Source of the DNA: a bacterium
GTDB lineage: Bacteria; UBA8248
Length of the DNA: 64,000 nucleotides
Assembly (NCBI GenBank): GCA_965219955.1
Contig: OZ244799.1
Coordinates: forward strand, 1,024,001-1,088,000
Reading direction: 5' to 3'
Shown here piece by piece: positions 9,441-19,478 of this stretch (the first letter of the stretch is position 1; each line of letters begins with the position of its first letter). Position numbers and translations under genes: made by a program. A model generated the notes under the pieces. It saw only the letters and a program-made list of their open reading frames with translations. It did no database searches and had not been told where the DNA came from.

Positions 9441-10589
9441 TCAACCCAAATGGCGGAACACCTCACCCACGATCTTCATGCCTTTTTCGATGACCTCCTC
9501 ATCCACCGAGTAGGTGAAGCGCAGGTGGTTCTCGCCCGATGCGCCGAATTCCGAACCGCTGCGAATCGCCGCCCCGGCCTCCCAGACGCGCTTTCGAACC
9601 TCGCTCGAAGGAATGGGGTATTCATACCGGCAGTATTGGTAGAAACCGCCTTGCGGTTCGATGGGGATAAGTCCCGGGATGTCGCGTGTCATCTCGTTCA
9701 TGAGGCGGCCACGCTTGTGGTATTCGCGTCTGAACTCCTCCACGCACTCCTGCGAGCTTCTGAGCGCCACTGCGCCCGCGCGCTGGACGAAGGTGTTGAT
9801 CGGCCCGTTGATGGAGCGGTGAACGCTGAACATCGGCTGGGGCAGGTCCTCGGGCACGACCATGAAGCCCAGCCGCCAGCCGGTCATCGAATAGGTCTTG
9901 GAGAAAGTGTCGAGCAGAATGAGGTGATCCCGGTGCTCGGTGAACGAGAGCAGGGGGACGTGCTCGAAGCCGGGTTGCAGGATTTTCGCATAGGCCTCAT
10001 CCGATACGAGCATGATGTCGTGTTCCGTAGCGAGCTCGGCCAGAGCCGCCAGATCCTCGCGGCGGTAGACCACGCCGGTGGGGTTGTTCGGGTTGTTGAC
10101 GAGGATGAGGCGCGTTCGAGGCGTGACGGCGCTGCGCATGGCCTCTACGTCGATTTGATAATCCGCGTCGTGCGGCACGGAGACGGGTACGGCCCCGAGT
10201 TGCAGCGCGACGTGGGCGTAGAGCGAAAACGTGGGGTCCATGAGGATGGCCTCATCGCCCGGGTCCAGGAACGTCGTCATGACGGCGTAGATGCCCGAAC
10301 TCGCCCCGTTCGTCGCGATGATGGAACCCGGCGTGTAGTTCGCTTTCGCTTCGCGCTCGACGTGCTCGCACACGGCTTCGAGGAATTCGGGGTCCCCCTG
10401 CCCGGGGGCGTAGCCCGTCAAGCCCTGGTCGAGTGCTTCTTTGGCGGCGTTCGTGATGTGCTCGGGCGTGGGGAAGTTGGGCGTTCCCGAATCAAGCGGC
10501 ACCAGTCCCGCCGGTTTCTTGGCCGTCATGTGATTGGCGCGCTCTCCGCCTGCAGTCGCGGCGACGGTTTTTGCGAGGCGTCTTTTCAT
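9441..10589 (-). CDS. class I/II PLP-dependent aminotransferase
   Basis: NNPNNPTG, SDEAY, FSKTYSMTGWRLG. Confidence 0.93.
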   Translation of the reverse strand: MKRRLAKTVAATAGGERANHMTAKKPAGLVPLDSGTPNFPTPEHITNAAKEALDQGLTGYAPGQGDPEFLEAVCEHVEREAKANYTPGSIIATNGASSGIYAVMTTFLDPGDEAILMDPTFSLYAHVALQLGAVPVSVPHDADYQIDVEAMRSAVTPRTRLILVNNPNNPTGVVYRREDLAALAELATEHDIMLVSDEAYAKILQPGFEHVPLLSFTEHRDHLILLDTFSKTYSMTGWRLGFMVVPEDLPQPMFSVHRSINGPINTFVQRAGAVALRSSQECVEEFRREYHKRGRLMNEMTRDIPGLIPIEPQGGFYQYCRYEYPIPSSEVRKRVWEAGAAIRSGSEFGASGENHLRFTYSVDEEVIEKGMKIVGEVFRHLG

Positions 10590-10657
10590 GCTTTATGGAT
10601 TCTCCAAATGTAAAAGTTTTACGCGAATGGGCCGAATGCTGTGCAAGCGCATCGTTC

Positions 10658-11653
10658 CTAGTCTCTCGTTATCACCACTTTCCCGAATTGCCGGCCCTCC
10701 GCCACGCGCTCGATGGCCTCTCTAAAGCGCGACAGCGGATAGGCGGAGTCGATGTGGGCCTTTATCTTCCCCCCGGCGGCGAGGGTCATCGCCGCATGGA
10801 ATTCTTCGGGCGTCGCCATGGTGGAGGTGTGGATGTCGACCTGCTTGAAATACAGATCGCGCAGGTTCACCTCGGGGATCACGTGGTGCGCCGCCCCGCC
10901 CACGATGGTGATGCGGCCGTTGAGCGCGACGCATTTCGCACTCAGCGCGAAGGTGGGGGCACCCACGTTGTCGACCACCACGTCGGCCCCCCGGCCATCG
11001 GTGGCGTCCATCACGGCACCGGCGACTTCCTGTGTCTTGTAGTTGATGCAGACGTCAGCGCCGAAGCTTTTGGCGGTTTCCAGCTTCTCCTCGCTCGATG
11101 AGGTGACGATGGCGAAAGCGCCCGCCTGCGCCGCGAGTTGTAAGCAATAGAGCATGACGCCCCCGCCCACTCCGTGGATGAGAACGCTCTCGCCCGCTGC
11201 AAGCCGTGCGCGGCTGATGAGCTGTCGGTAGGCTGTGGTGAGAGCGAGGGGAAGCGCCGCCGCCTCTTCGAACGTCAAGTTCTCGGGCTTCGGGAAGAAA
11301 TTTTTCTCCGGCAGGACGATGAATTCCGCGTGCGTGCCGGCGCTTTGCGCGCCCACGAGGCCGTAGTCCGGCTCGGTGGGGTCGCCCAGGTTGGGGTCTA
11401 CGACCACTTCAGCTCCCGGCTTCAAGCCCGCGCCCGGCCCCGCCTTGTCGACAACGCCCGCGCCGTCCGCGCCCATGGTGTGGGGCTTTTCGTGCCGTAC
11501 CATGGCGGGGGTGCACTGGTAGACGTCGATGTGGTTGATGCCCGAAGTCAGGAGTTTCACGCGCACTTCGCCTTCTCCCGGCTCGGGCGTGGGAACCTCG
11601 CCGTAGACCAATCCTTCGATTCCTGCGTCTCCCTGCACTGTGATCGCTTTCAT
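10658..11653 (-). CDS. MDR-superfamily quinone oxidoreductase-like dehydrogenase
   Basis: GINHID, GADGAG, IHGVGGGV, GKVVI. Confidence 0.88.
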   Translation of the reverse strand: MKAITVQGDAGIEGLVYGEVPTPEPGEGEVRVKLLTSGINHIDVYQCTPAMVRHEKPHTMGADGAGVVDKAGPGAGLKPGAEVVVDPNLGDPTEPDYGLVGAQSAGTHAEFIVLPEKNFFPKPENLTFEEAAALPLALTTAYRQLISRARLAAGESVLIHGVGGGVMLYCLQLAAQAGAFAIVTSSSEEKLETAKSFGADVCINYKTQEVAGAVMDATDGRGADVVVDNVGAPTFALSAKCVALNGRITIVGGAAHHVIPEVNLRDLYFKQVDIHTSTMATPEEFHAAMTLAAGGKIKAHIDSAYPLSRFREAIERVAEGRQFGKVVITRD

Positions 11654-11702
11654 CGTTCATCCTTCATGAGAATGAATCCATATAACATCAATGAAGCTGC
11701 TG

Positions 11703-12032
11703 TTACTTGGGTGGAAGCGAGCCGGCGAACTTCGCCGCTCTGCGCACCCACGCTTTCAGATCGTCTTCGGTCGAAATCCCGGTCGGTTCGACCAGCGCCC
11801 AGCCCTTCATCACCCGGCCCGCCATGTCGGCAGGTTTCGTGTGGGGTTCGGCAAGCGTCGCCTCGTGGTTCTCTCTGGCGAGACGCACGATGAGCGCGCC
11901 TTTCCACGTGCCGACGCACATGTTGCCGTTGATCATGAAGCACACGCCGCCGAACATCCGTTTTTCGGAAAACCCCTTGCGCCGCCTGAGAATCGGGCGT
12001 ATGCGCTCGATCAATATCTCGTCTTCTGTCAC
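11703..12032 (-). CDS. TfoX/Sxy N-terminal domain protein
   Basis: EKRMFGGVCFMINGNM, MKGW and terminal SLPPK are typical; GTG start inferred after AAAGGA. Confidence 0.8.
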   Translation of the reverse strand: MTEDEILIERIRPILRRRKGFSEKRMFGGVCFMINGNMCVGTWKGALIVRLARENHEATLAEPHTKPADMAGRVMKGWALVEPTGISTEDDLKAWVRRAAKFAGSLPPK

Positions 12033-12155
12033 TTTCGTTCCTTTTTCATCTTTACAGCGGGATGAGTGAAGATGCCACACCGAAACGGCGAACGCCACCG
12101 CGAGGAGGAATGCTGATAAAGCCCACTATGCGTCCGGTCGGCGGCGTGATGACCT

Positions 12156-12290
12156 GTAGGGACAGGCCTCCGTGCCTGTCCTGATGGCAACCATTCCGTA
12201 AAGGACAACCACGGAGGGCAGGACAACCCCAAAGGGATGTTCCTACTACAACCGCCATTCCTCCTTCATCGGACTTTTTCAACAACCCCC
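12156..12290. repeat. GTAG-type REP with a degenerate inverted partner and an isolated IS-type end
   Basis: GTAGGGACAGGCCTCCGTGCCTGTCC at 12156-12181 is identical to 41564-41589; TTTTTCAACAACCCC near 12275. Confidence 0.7.
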
Positions 12291-12317
12291 GAGGGGTAGG
12301 AGTTGCTCTCACCGATC

Positions 12318-13103
12318 TCATTCATCCCGGGGCGCCCAGGAGGTGGGACGGTTCTCGTGCGCGGCGGCCATGCCTTCCTGGGGTTCGCCGGTTCGGAAAG
12401 AAGCCTCGAATGCGTCGATGGAGGGCGGAACCGCGGCTTCGAGATAGGCCTGCATCCAACGCCTAAGAAGCGCTTTCTGGGCGCTGAGCGCGCCGGGGGC
12501 GGCCTGGAGAAGCTCCGCGACGGCGTCCTGCGTCGTTTCTTCCAGGTTGGATGGCGAGCATATCCTCTGAACGATTCCCAGGCGATGCGCTTCCTGGGCG
12601 TCGAACGTCCTGCCCGTCAAGAGCAAGTCCTGTGCTGCGCCCAGGCCGCAGAATGGTACGAACAACGCGGCCTCGATGACGGAGGGCACGCCGACCCGCA
12701 CCTCGGGCATGCCGAACCTCGTATCGTCCGCCGCGACCCGGAGGTCGCAGCCGAGCATCAACTCCAGAGCGCCGCCCAGAACGTAGCCCTGGCACTTGCA
12801 GACCACGGGATGCGGAAACTCGCGCACGCTGCGGATGAGGGAGTGCAGGTTCGAGATGAAGTCGCGCGCGTTGTCTTCTGTGAGCGCGCCCATCTCGACA
12901 ACGTCGGCCCCGGCGGAGAAGACGCCCCCTGCGCTCTCGATGATCAAGACGCGCAAATCATCCGCCCCCGCAAGATCGGCAATCGCCGATTTCGCCTCGC
13001 GGGTCATCCCCGTGTTCATGGCGTTTCTCTTCTCGGGGCGGTTAAGCGTGAGTGTGGCGAGCGGGCCGTCGCGCTCGACGAGCACCAATGGTTTTGTCGA
13101 CAT
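12318..13103 (-). CDS. enoyl-CoA hydratase/isomerase family protein
   Basis: LNRPEKRNA, FSAGAD, GGALEL, FGMPEV. Confidence 0.93.
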   Translation of the reverse strand: MSTKPLVLVERDGPLATLTLNRPEKRNAMNTGMTREAKSAIADLAGADDLRVLIIESAGGVFSAGADVVEMGALTEDNARDFISNLHSLIRSVREFPHPVVCKCQGYVLGGALELMLGCDLRVAADDTRFGMPEVRVGVPSVIEAALFVPFCGLGAAQDLLLTGRTFDAQEAHRLGIVQRICSPSNLEETTQDAVAELLQAAPGALSAQKALLRRWMQAYLEAAVPPSIDAFEASFRTGEPQEGMAAAHENRPTSWAPRDE

Positions 13104-13242
13104 GGAACGTCCTCCCTGGAAACGAAGCCGACAGCCTATGCGAGCTTGGAAGAGAGCGCAAAGGCGAACCCCTGTTTTCGCGTGTTATGATGGTGTTTTC
13201 GTCGAGAGAACTATCTGGCGCTGATACCTGGAGAAAATACGG

Positions 13243-14181
13243 ATGCCGATAGAGTTCAAGGACGTTTGGGATTTTCATACCGATTTGCGCTGGATGGTCG
13301 ATTTGCCCGAGGAGCGCGCCTATCTGGCGGAGCAGATAGACATCGAGACGGCAGCGAAGCTGGGCGGGGTGTTCTCGGCTCTGGAGCGTCTGGAAGGCGC
13401 GCCGCAGGACGCGCAATTCGATCTGGTGAGGCGAGACCTGGAGCGGATTCGCTCGGCGGAGGGCCTGAGCATCGTTCTCACGCGAGCGGATTTAGACGGC
13501 GTGGGCAGGCAGCTGATCCACGCGGAGGGCGTCTATTTCATCGAAACCGAAGACGACCTGAAGATCCTCGAGTGGCTCTGGGAGGAGGGCGTGCGCAGCG
13601 TCGGTCCCATGTACAACGACGACAACCCTCTTGGCGGCGGAGCGATGGGAGACTCCGCGCGCGGCCTGACCCCCCTGGGCCGCGCTTTCTTGATGCAGGC
13701 TTGGCGGACGGGTTTCCTGGTGGATTGCGCGCACGCGAACCATCGCACGAAATCGGACATGATCGACCTCGCCCTCGTCACCGGGCAGGAGATGCACTAC
13801 TCCCACGGGCATCTGGACGATCCGCTGCTGCCCGTCTTCGGCGAGAGGGGGCTTCCGCGCGATATGGCCAGGAGGCTTCTCGAGACGGGCGCGCTCATCG
13901 GCCTTGCGCCGCACCCGGGGTTCTACGAGACGTTCGAGCGCCATATGGAGGAAATCGAGTTCCTGGCCGAAATCGCCGCTCATCAGGTGGCCCTCGGCAG
14001 CGACTTCGCGGGCATCAACCGCCCGGCGCCCGACGGCAGGCGCCTGTTCGATGAATTCAAGGGCATCTGGGGGATAGGGGACTTCGCCGAGCGCTTGAGT
14101 GCAGCGCACGGGGAGGATTTCGCCCGTTCCTATTGCGGCGGCGCGCTCAAGGCGTGTCTCGAACGCTCTTTACCAGCTTGA
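13243..14181 (+). CDS. membrane dipeptidase (peptidase M19)-like amidohydrolase
   Basis: DFHTD, EG, GLTPLG, VDCAH, SH, GSDF motifs. Confidence 0.8.
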   Translation: MPIEFKDVWDFHTDLRWMVDLPEERAYLAEQIDIETAAKLGGVFSALERLEGAPQDAQFDLVRRDLERIRSAEGLSIVLTRADLDGVGRQLIHAEGVYFIETEDDLKILEWLWEEGVRSVGPMYNDDNPLGGGAMGDSARGLTPLGRAFLMQAWRTGFLVDCAHANHRTKSDMIDLALVTGQEMHYSHGHLDDPLLPVFGERGLPRDMARRLLETGALIGLAPHPGFYETFERHMEEIEFLAEIAAHQVALGSDFAGINRPAPDGRRLFDEFKGIWGIGDFAERLSAAHGEDFARSYCGGALKACLERSLPA

Positions 14182-14230
14182 TCCGACTGCAAAAACACGA
14201 TTTTTTGGACGGGTTTTAGAAACCCGGGTA

Positions 14231-16837
14231 TTACGCTGACGCCGCGGGGCTTGGCGAGGCTCCGCCTTCATCCTTCGCGCTCATGAACTGGATGGCGATC
14301 ATGACGGCCATGATGACCGTGCCCGTTATCTTCATCCACGGGACGTAGAAGAACAGCAGACCGCCCGCCACGGCGAAGACGACGCGCTCCCAGATTTCGA
14401 GCTTCCTGCGCATGTAGCCCTCGAGTGACGCCGAAGTGCAGAAAAAGCCCATGAACCCGCTCACCCATACGACGAGGATGTCGAACCACTCGGAACCCGG
14501 CGGCATGTTGATGGGGGTGTAGGCCATCATGAAGGGGACGATGTAGAGCGCCTTGCCGAGTTTGAGCGAGGCGAAGCCGGTGCGCATCGGGTCGGCCCCC
14601 GCCACGCCCGCCGCGATGAACGCGCCCAGTGCGAAGGGCGGCGTGAGCGAGGCGTCCTGGCTCAGCCAGAGGATCATCAGGTGCGCGCTCAGGAGCGGCA
14701 CGCCGAGCTCCACCAGCGCCGGCACGGCGAGAATGGAGAGCAGCACGTAGCTCGCCGTGATCGTCATGCCCATCCCCATGATGTAGCTGGCGACGGTGCA
14801 GAGCAGAATCGCCACCGGGAGCGCCGTTCCCGTGATGCCGAAGGCGTTGTCGATGAAAGAGGCGTAGCCCAGGATGATGGAGGAGAACTTGATGCCGAGA
14901 CCGGGCATGGAGACGCCTGCGAGCACGATGCCCATGACGCCCGCCGTCACGCCGATGATGAGCGAGTTGACGGCGCCGCGCTCCAGCCCGTCCAGAACGC
15001 GCGGGGAGGAGAGCACAACCGCAGCGAGGGCCGACCAGAAGATCGTCTCGGGGAGCGTATGCCCCGCCATCGGGAGAACGATAAGCAGGCCGAATCCTGC
15101 GAGCAGGGGCCAGTTCTCCATGAGCGGATTTCCGGGAGGCGCCGCCTTCGCCGCTTCGAGGTAGGCTTCCGCCTCGGCGTCCGCATCTTCCAGGCTGGTG
15201 CCCGATTGCATCAGTTTCTGGTGGTGCGCCGCCGCTTCGTACTCGAGCCTGTCGTTTCTCGTGCTCCATCCGGGCCTGCCCACCAGGCGCGCGAGGGCGG
15301 GCGGCAGGGCCAGCAGGCGGGTGTCCTCCCTGAAAAATCCAAGCACCATCGCCAGGATGATGGACCAGAGCGCCGCGTCGAAGGGCGAGCGTCCGATGAT
15401 GAGCCGGAAGATGAGCAGGGCCACAGGCAGGAGCAGATAGCCCTCTTTTTTCAAGAGGGGCAGCAGTTCGGGCAACTCTTCCTTCGAGAGGCCGTGGATG
15501 CCGTCCAGCCCCGAGCGGAAGTGCACCGACATGTAGACCGAGAAGTAGTACATCAGCGCGGGGACGAGCGAGATGAGCGCTATCCAGCCGTAGTCCGTCT
15601 CGGTGAACGCCGCCACGAGAAAGGCCGCAGAACCCATGATGGGCGGCAGCAGGTGTCCCCCGATGGAGGAGACCGCCTCGACGGCGCCTGCGTAGTGGGG
15701 CTTGTAGCCCGCGCGCTTCATGAGCGGAATCGTGAAGGTGCCCGTGATGACGATGTTCGCCGCCCCGCTTCCCACCACCGAGCCCACCATGCCGCTCGAT
15801 ACGACCGACGCTTTGGCCGCTCCGCCTCGCAGGCGGCCCACCAGGGCGTAGGAGAGGTCGATGAACACGTCGCCGACCTTCGTCTTCTCCAGAAAGACGC
15901 CGAAGAGGATGAACAGGAACACGTAGCTCGCATAGACGTTCGCGATGACGCCGAAGATGCCCGAGGTCCCGTAGATGAAGCTCACGACCTCGTTGTAGGA
16001 AAATCCCTTGTGCAGGAGCCTGCCCGGGAAGTAGTTGCCGTACATGGCGTAGTAAAAGAAAAAAAGGCCCAGAAGCGGAAGCACCCAGCCCAGCACCCGG
16101 CGGCACATCTCTATCGAAACGATGATGGCGATGGTCCCCATCACGACGTCCGGCCAGAGGACGAGGCCCGCCCTGTCGCCCCGGTCGGCGAAGTTCATGA
16201 TGTATTCCACCGTAAACACGACCACGCCCGCGCACAGCAGGAGGTCCACGGTGGAGGGGCGTCTCGTCGGAGCGCCCACGCGCGCGGGATAGAAGATGAA
16301 CGTCAGTATGGCGGTGAAGGTGACGTACAGGGGCAGATAGAAGTGATACGCATAGATGGAGAGCCCCGGGAAGTAGAGCGTCTCCCAGATCGCCGAGAGG
16401 GATTTCTCCATCTCCGCCGTGAGGAGCGGGGAGAGGACGTAGACGATGACCTCGCCGAAGCCGAGGCCTAAATCCACGGGCGCTCCGTTCGCCGCGCCGT
16501 AGAGGAAATACGAAGCGAACACGAACGAGGAGAGCAGCACCGCCTGTTTCGGGAAAATGCACAGGCCCGAGACGTAGAGCCAGATCAGCGCGTAGAGCCA
16601 GAGTTCGAGCACCGGGAATTCGACTTCCTCCCACTCCCAGGAGATCTCGTAGGGGAGGTAGAGGTTGTACTTTCTTCCGGCGAGGAAAACGACGTAGAAG
16701 AGCAGGAGGGTGGTGAGAAACGCGAAGACGGGCAGGTTGTTCTTCTGAAAGCCGGGTTCGATGTCCCGGCGGACTGCCGATTCCGGGGCGAAGATGAACT
16801 TCAGCCACACCCAGAGAGACTCGAAAACCTTCCCCAT
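14231..16837 (-). CDS. TRAP (TAXI-type) fused 4TM/12TM permease
   Basis: GGAAKASVVSS, ANIVITGTFTIPLMK, EAVSSIGG, PPIMG, GMGM, TPP. Confidence 0.93.
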   Translation of the reverse strand: MGKVFESLWVWLKFIFAPESAVRRDIEPGFQKNNLPVFAFLTTLLLFYVVFLAGRKYNLYLPYEISWEWEEVEFPVLELWLYALIWLYVSGLCIFPKQAVLLSSFVFASYFLYGAANGAPVDLGLGFGEVIVYVLSPLLTAEMEKSLSAIWETLYFPGLSIYAYHFYLPLYVTFTAILTFIFYPARVGAPTRRPSTVDLLLCAGVVVFTVEYIMNFADRGDRAGLVLWPDVVMGTIAIIVSIEMCRRVLGWVLPLLGLFFFYYAMYGNYFPGRLLHKGFSYNEVVSFIYGTSGIFGVIANVYASYVFLFILFGVFLEKTKVGDVFIDLSYALVGRLRGGAAKASVVSSGMVGSVVGSGAANIVITGTFTIPLMKRAGYKPHYAGAVEAVSSIGGHLLPPIMGSAAFLVAAFTETDYGWIALISLVPALMYYFSVYMSVHFRSGLDGIHGLSKEELPELLPLLKKEGYLLLPVALLIFRLIIGRSPFDAALWSIILAMVLGFFREDTRLLALPPALARLVGRPGWSTRNDRLEYEAAAHHQKLMQSGTSLEDADAEAEAYLEAAKAAPPGNPLMENWPLLAGFGLLIVLPMAGHTLPETIFWSALAAVVLSSPRVLDGLERGAVNSLIIGVTAGVMGIVLAGVSMPGLGIKFSSIILGYASFIDNAFGITGTALPVAILLCTVASYIMGMGMTITASYVLLSILAVPALVELGVPLLSAHLMILWLSQDASLTPPFALGAFIAAGVAGADPMRTGFASLKLGKALYIVPFMMAYTPINMPPGSEWFDILVVWVSGFMGFFCTSASLEGYMRRKLEIWERVVFAVAGGLLFFYVPWMKITGTVIMAVMIAIQFMSAKDEGGASPSPAASA

Positions 16838-16929
16838 CGCCGCCCTTTCTCAACCGAGGCCGGACGCGGCCCCGCCTTCATCGACCCCCCGACGGACGCG
16901 CGCCGTCCGCCGGGGGAGCCGGGAAACCC

Positions 16930-17928
16930 CTAGTTGACCATGTAGCCCTTCGCCTTCCAGTAGCGGGCGGCGCCGGGGTGCAGCTTGAGCTTGAAGCTCT
17001 TCATCTGCTTGATGAACTCATCGGACTTCGAGGCGAAGTCCAGCCCGATCTTCCAGCCCTTGAAGACGTTGATCAGGAAGTCGCGGTTCGCCTTGTCGTA
17101 CACCCGCTGCGTCACCTCGTAGATGACCTCGTTGGGAACCTTCTCGTTCGCCACGGCGAAGATGGTGTAGGCGACCGTCTTGAACTTCTTGCCCTTCATC
17201 CCCTGGTAGGGGCTGGCGTCCTTGGCGTCCTTGTAGTAGCCCGAGCTCAGTTCGACGAACTTGTCGCGCACCTTGTCGGGGATGCTCAGGATGCGGAGGG
17301 GCCCACTGCGCGAGGCGCGCAGGATCGCGGGCGAGGGAACCGGGTTCGGGATGCTGAAGGCTTCGATCTTGCCGTCGATCATGTTGTTGGCGGCGGCGGC
17401 CCATCCGAGATAGTCCTTGCGGATCTTGTCGGTGATCCCGAGGTGATCGGTGATGAACTTCGTCATGAACAATGTGGAGCTGCCCCTCGGGCCAAAGTTC
17501 ACGCGCTTGCCGGCCAGATCGCTGTAGGTCTTGATGCCTGTCTTGTGGAACGTCGCCATCTGGAACCAGGAGGTCGACACCGGGCCGATGCCCCGGATGG
17601 TCTTCATCCCCTTGTCCTTTGCGAAGGGTTTTTGCTGGCGCTGCATGAAGTCGACGAAGATCCCGTTCGTCATCCCGATCTCCGAGCGCCCTCTGGCGAC
17701 GAGGCGCGTGTTCGCGATGAAGCCCTTGGACTCGCGGTTGGTGACGTTGACGGTCTTGCTCGTCTTGTTCACCGCCTCGGCGAGGCCCGCCGCCATGCGG
17801 AACGCGCCCGCGCCCTTGCCGGCGCCGACGATGGTGATGTTGGTGGTGGCGGCGCTCGCCAGGGAGGCGGCGAAGCCGGCCACAGCGAAAACGGCGGTTG
17901 CTGCGATCAATTTCTTGTGAATGCGCAT
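16930..17928 (-). CDS. TAXI family TRAP solute-binding protein
   Basis: Signal peptide after GGAGGAG RBS, DLAGKRVNFGPRGS, C-terminal LHPGAARYW. Confidence 0.92.
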   Translation of the reverse strand: MRIHKKLIAATAVFAVAGFAASLASAATTNITIVGAGKGAGAFRMAAGLAEAVNKTSKTVNVTNRESKGFIANTRLVARGRSEIGMTNGIFVDFMQRQQKPFAKDKGMKTIRGIGPVSTSWFQMATFHKTGIKTYSDLAGKRVNFGPRGSSTLFMTKFITDHLGITDKIRKDYLGWAAAANNMIDGKIEAFSIPNPVPSPAILRASRSGPLRILSIPDKVRDKFVELSSGYYKDAKDASPYQGMKGKKFKTVAYTIFAVANEKVPNEVIYEVTQRVYDKANRDFLINVFKGWKIGLDFASKSDEFIKQMKSFKLKLHPGAARYWKAKGYMVN

Positions 17929-18311
17929 AGACTCTCCTCCGTAGGAAATCGAAGAAAAATGGGTTTTGCTCGTTGGGGGTGATTCTATCTCATCAACATA
18001 CTTTGGCAAGCGGTGTTTGGTCAGTGAGGCGATATTTTCGAAAAGAGAAAAATACCAGGCATCCTGCATCCCGTCTCTTTCGCCGGAAGCAATCGGCTGG
18101 GTCACGGCGGCGACACCTGTTCGATGAATGATACGGCTTACGGGAATAAGGATAAACGTCTTCGCCGCTCGCTTGGTGGCGTGAGCGGGCTCATGATAAA
18201 TTCGCGGAATGATCGGAGATATATAGCGGATCACCGCAATGTGCGAGTCAAGCGGATCTTTTGCCCAGTTGGGTATTTGCATACGGTATTCCGAAGTGGA
18301 GGGAAGAGGCG

Positions 18312-19334
18312 ATGGCGATTACGGGTCGGGGCGTTCGCAAAGACGCCATAGCTATTCTCGTCCTGGGTCTGGTGGCCATGTGGTTCCACGGATCACATTC
18401 GTCGGCTCAGACTATTCAATCTCCGGAATGGGGCAAGCGCGCAGCGCTCATTGAGCCTAATTCGGAAATGGCGGTCGCTTATCTTGACGGGAAAATCTAC
18501 GTTGTCGGGGGATACCCCTCGACGCGGGTCAGCGTAGATACTGTCCAAGTCTATGACACGGAGTCCGACACGTGGAGTCTGACTACCCCCTATCCGACCA
18601 CGATCAACCATTCCTCGGCAGTCGGTCTCGACGGGATTCTCTATGTGATCGGCGGGCAGACGAATGCCGGCGGCCGGAGGACGAAATCCCTCTACACGTC
18701 GGCCGTCTACGCCTTCGATCCCAGGACGAAGAAGTGGACGCCGCGCACGCCGATGCCGACGGCGCGTAGTGCGATGGCGCACGGCGTTATCGACGGCAAG
18801 ATTTACGTCGCCGGCGGCCGTCCGCCACGCGGGCGCGATTTCGCCGCCTATGACCCGAAGACCGACAAATGGATGGTACTGCCCGATTTGCCGACTCCCC
18901 GAAATCACATGGCGGCGGCGGCGATCGACGGCAAACTCTATGTAGCCGGAGGGCGCTTCGGCGGCGGCTTTCGGAGCAAGATAACTGCGGTGCTCGAGGT
19001 GTACGATCCCATAAGCAACAAGTGGAGCGCCAGGCGGCCGATGTCCTATGAGCGAAGCGGAAACAACGGTATTGCCGTGAACGGCTGTTTCCATACCTTC
19101 GGCGGCGAACATCCGACGGCGAGTCCGACCGGTGTGTTCCCCCACCACGAAGTCTATAATCCAAAAACCGACCGCTGGACGCGTTTGCCCGATATGCCCT
19201 TTCCCGTGCATGGCGTCACAGGGTTGGTCTACCTGAATGGTTGGATCCATCTGCCCGGTGGAGGCACCCGGATGGGCGGCAGCAGCGGCAGCACGCTTCA
19301 CCAGGTGGTTCGCCCCATGATGAAATGCGGCTGA
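18312..19334 (+). CDS. secreted Kelch-repeat beta-propeller protein
   Basis: Signal peptide followed by repeated GKIYVxGG...YDP...W units. Confidence 0.88.
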   Translation: MAITGRGVRKDAIAILVLGLVAMWFHGSHSSAQTIQSPEWGKRAALIEPNSEMAVAYLDGKIYVVGGYPSTRVSVDTVQVYDTESDTWSLTTPYPTTINHSSAVGLDGILYVIGGQTNAGGRRTKSLYTSAVYAFDPRTKKWTPRTPMPTARSAMAHGVIDGKIYVAGGRPPRGRDFAAYDPKTDKWMVLPDLPTPRNHMAAAAIDGKLYVAGGRFGGGFRSKITAVLEVYDPISNKWSARRPMSYERSGNNGIAVNGCFHTFGGEHPTASPTGVFPHHEVYNPKTDRWTRLPDMPFPVHGVTGLVYLNGWIHLPGGGTRMGGSSGSTLHQVVRPMMKCG

Positions 19335-19478
19335 GGAGCTGGAAGCGGAGTGCGCGCTCGGTATACAGCGGGAGGCGTTGGCTGCGCTTTCCCGCAAATG
19401 TTGACGCCCGGAAGCCGAGGTGCTAGCTAATGCGCATCTTTCAGGTTTTCTCGCGATAACGCGCCGAACGTATTCTGA

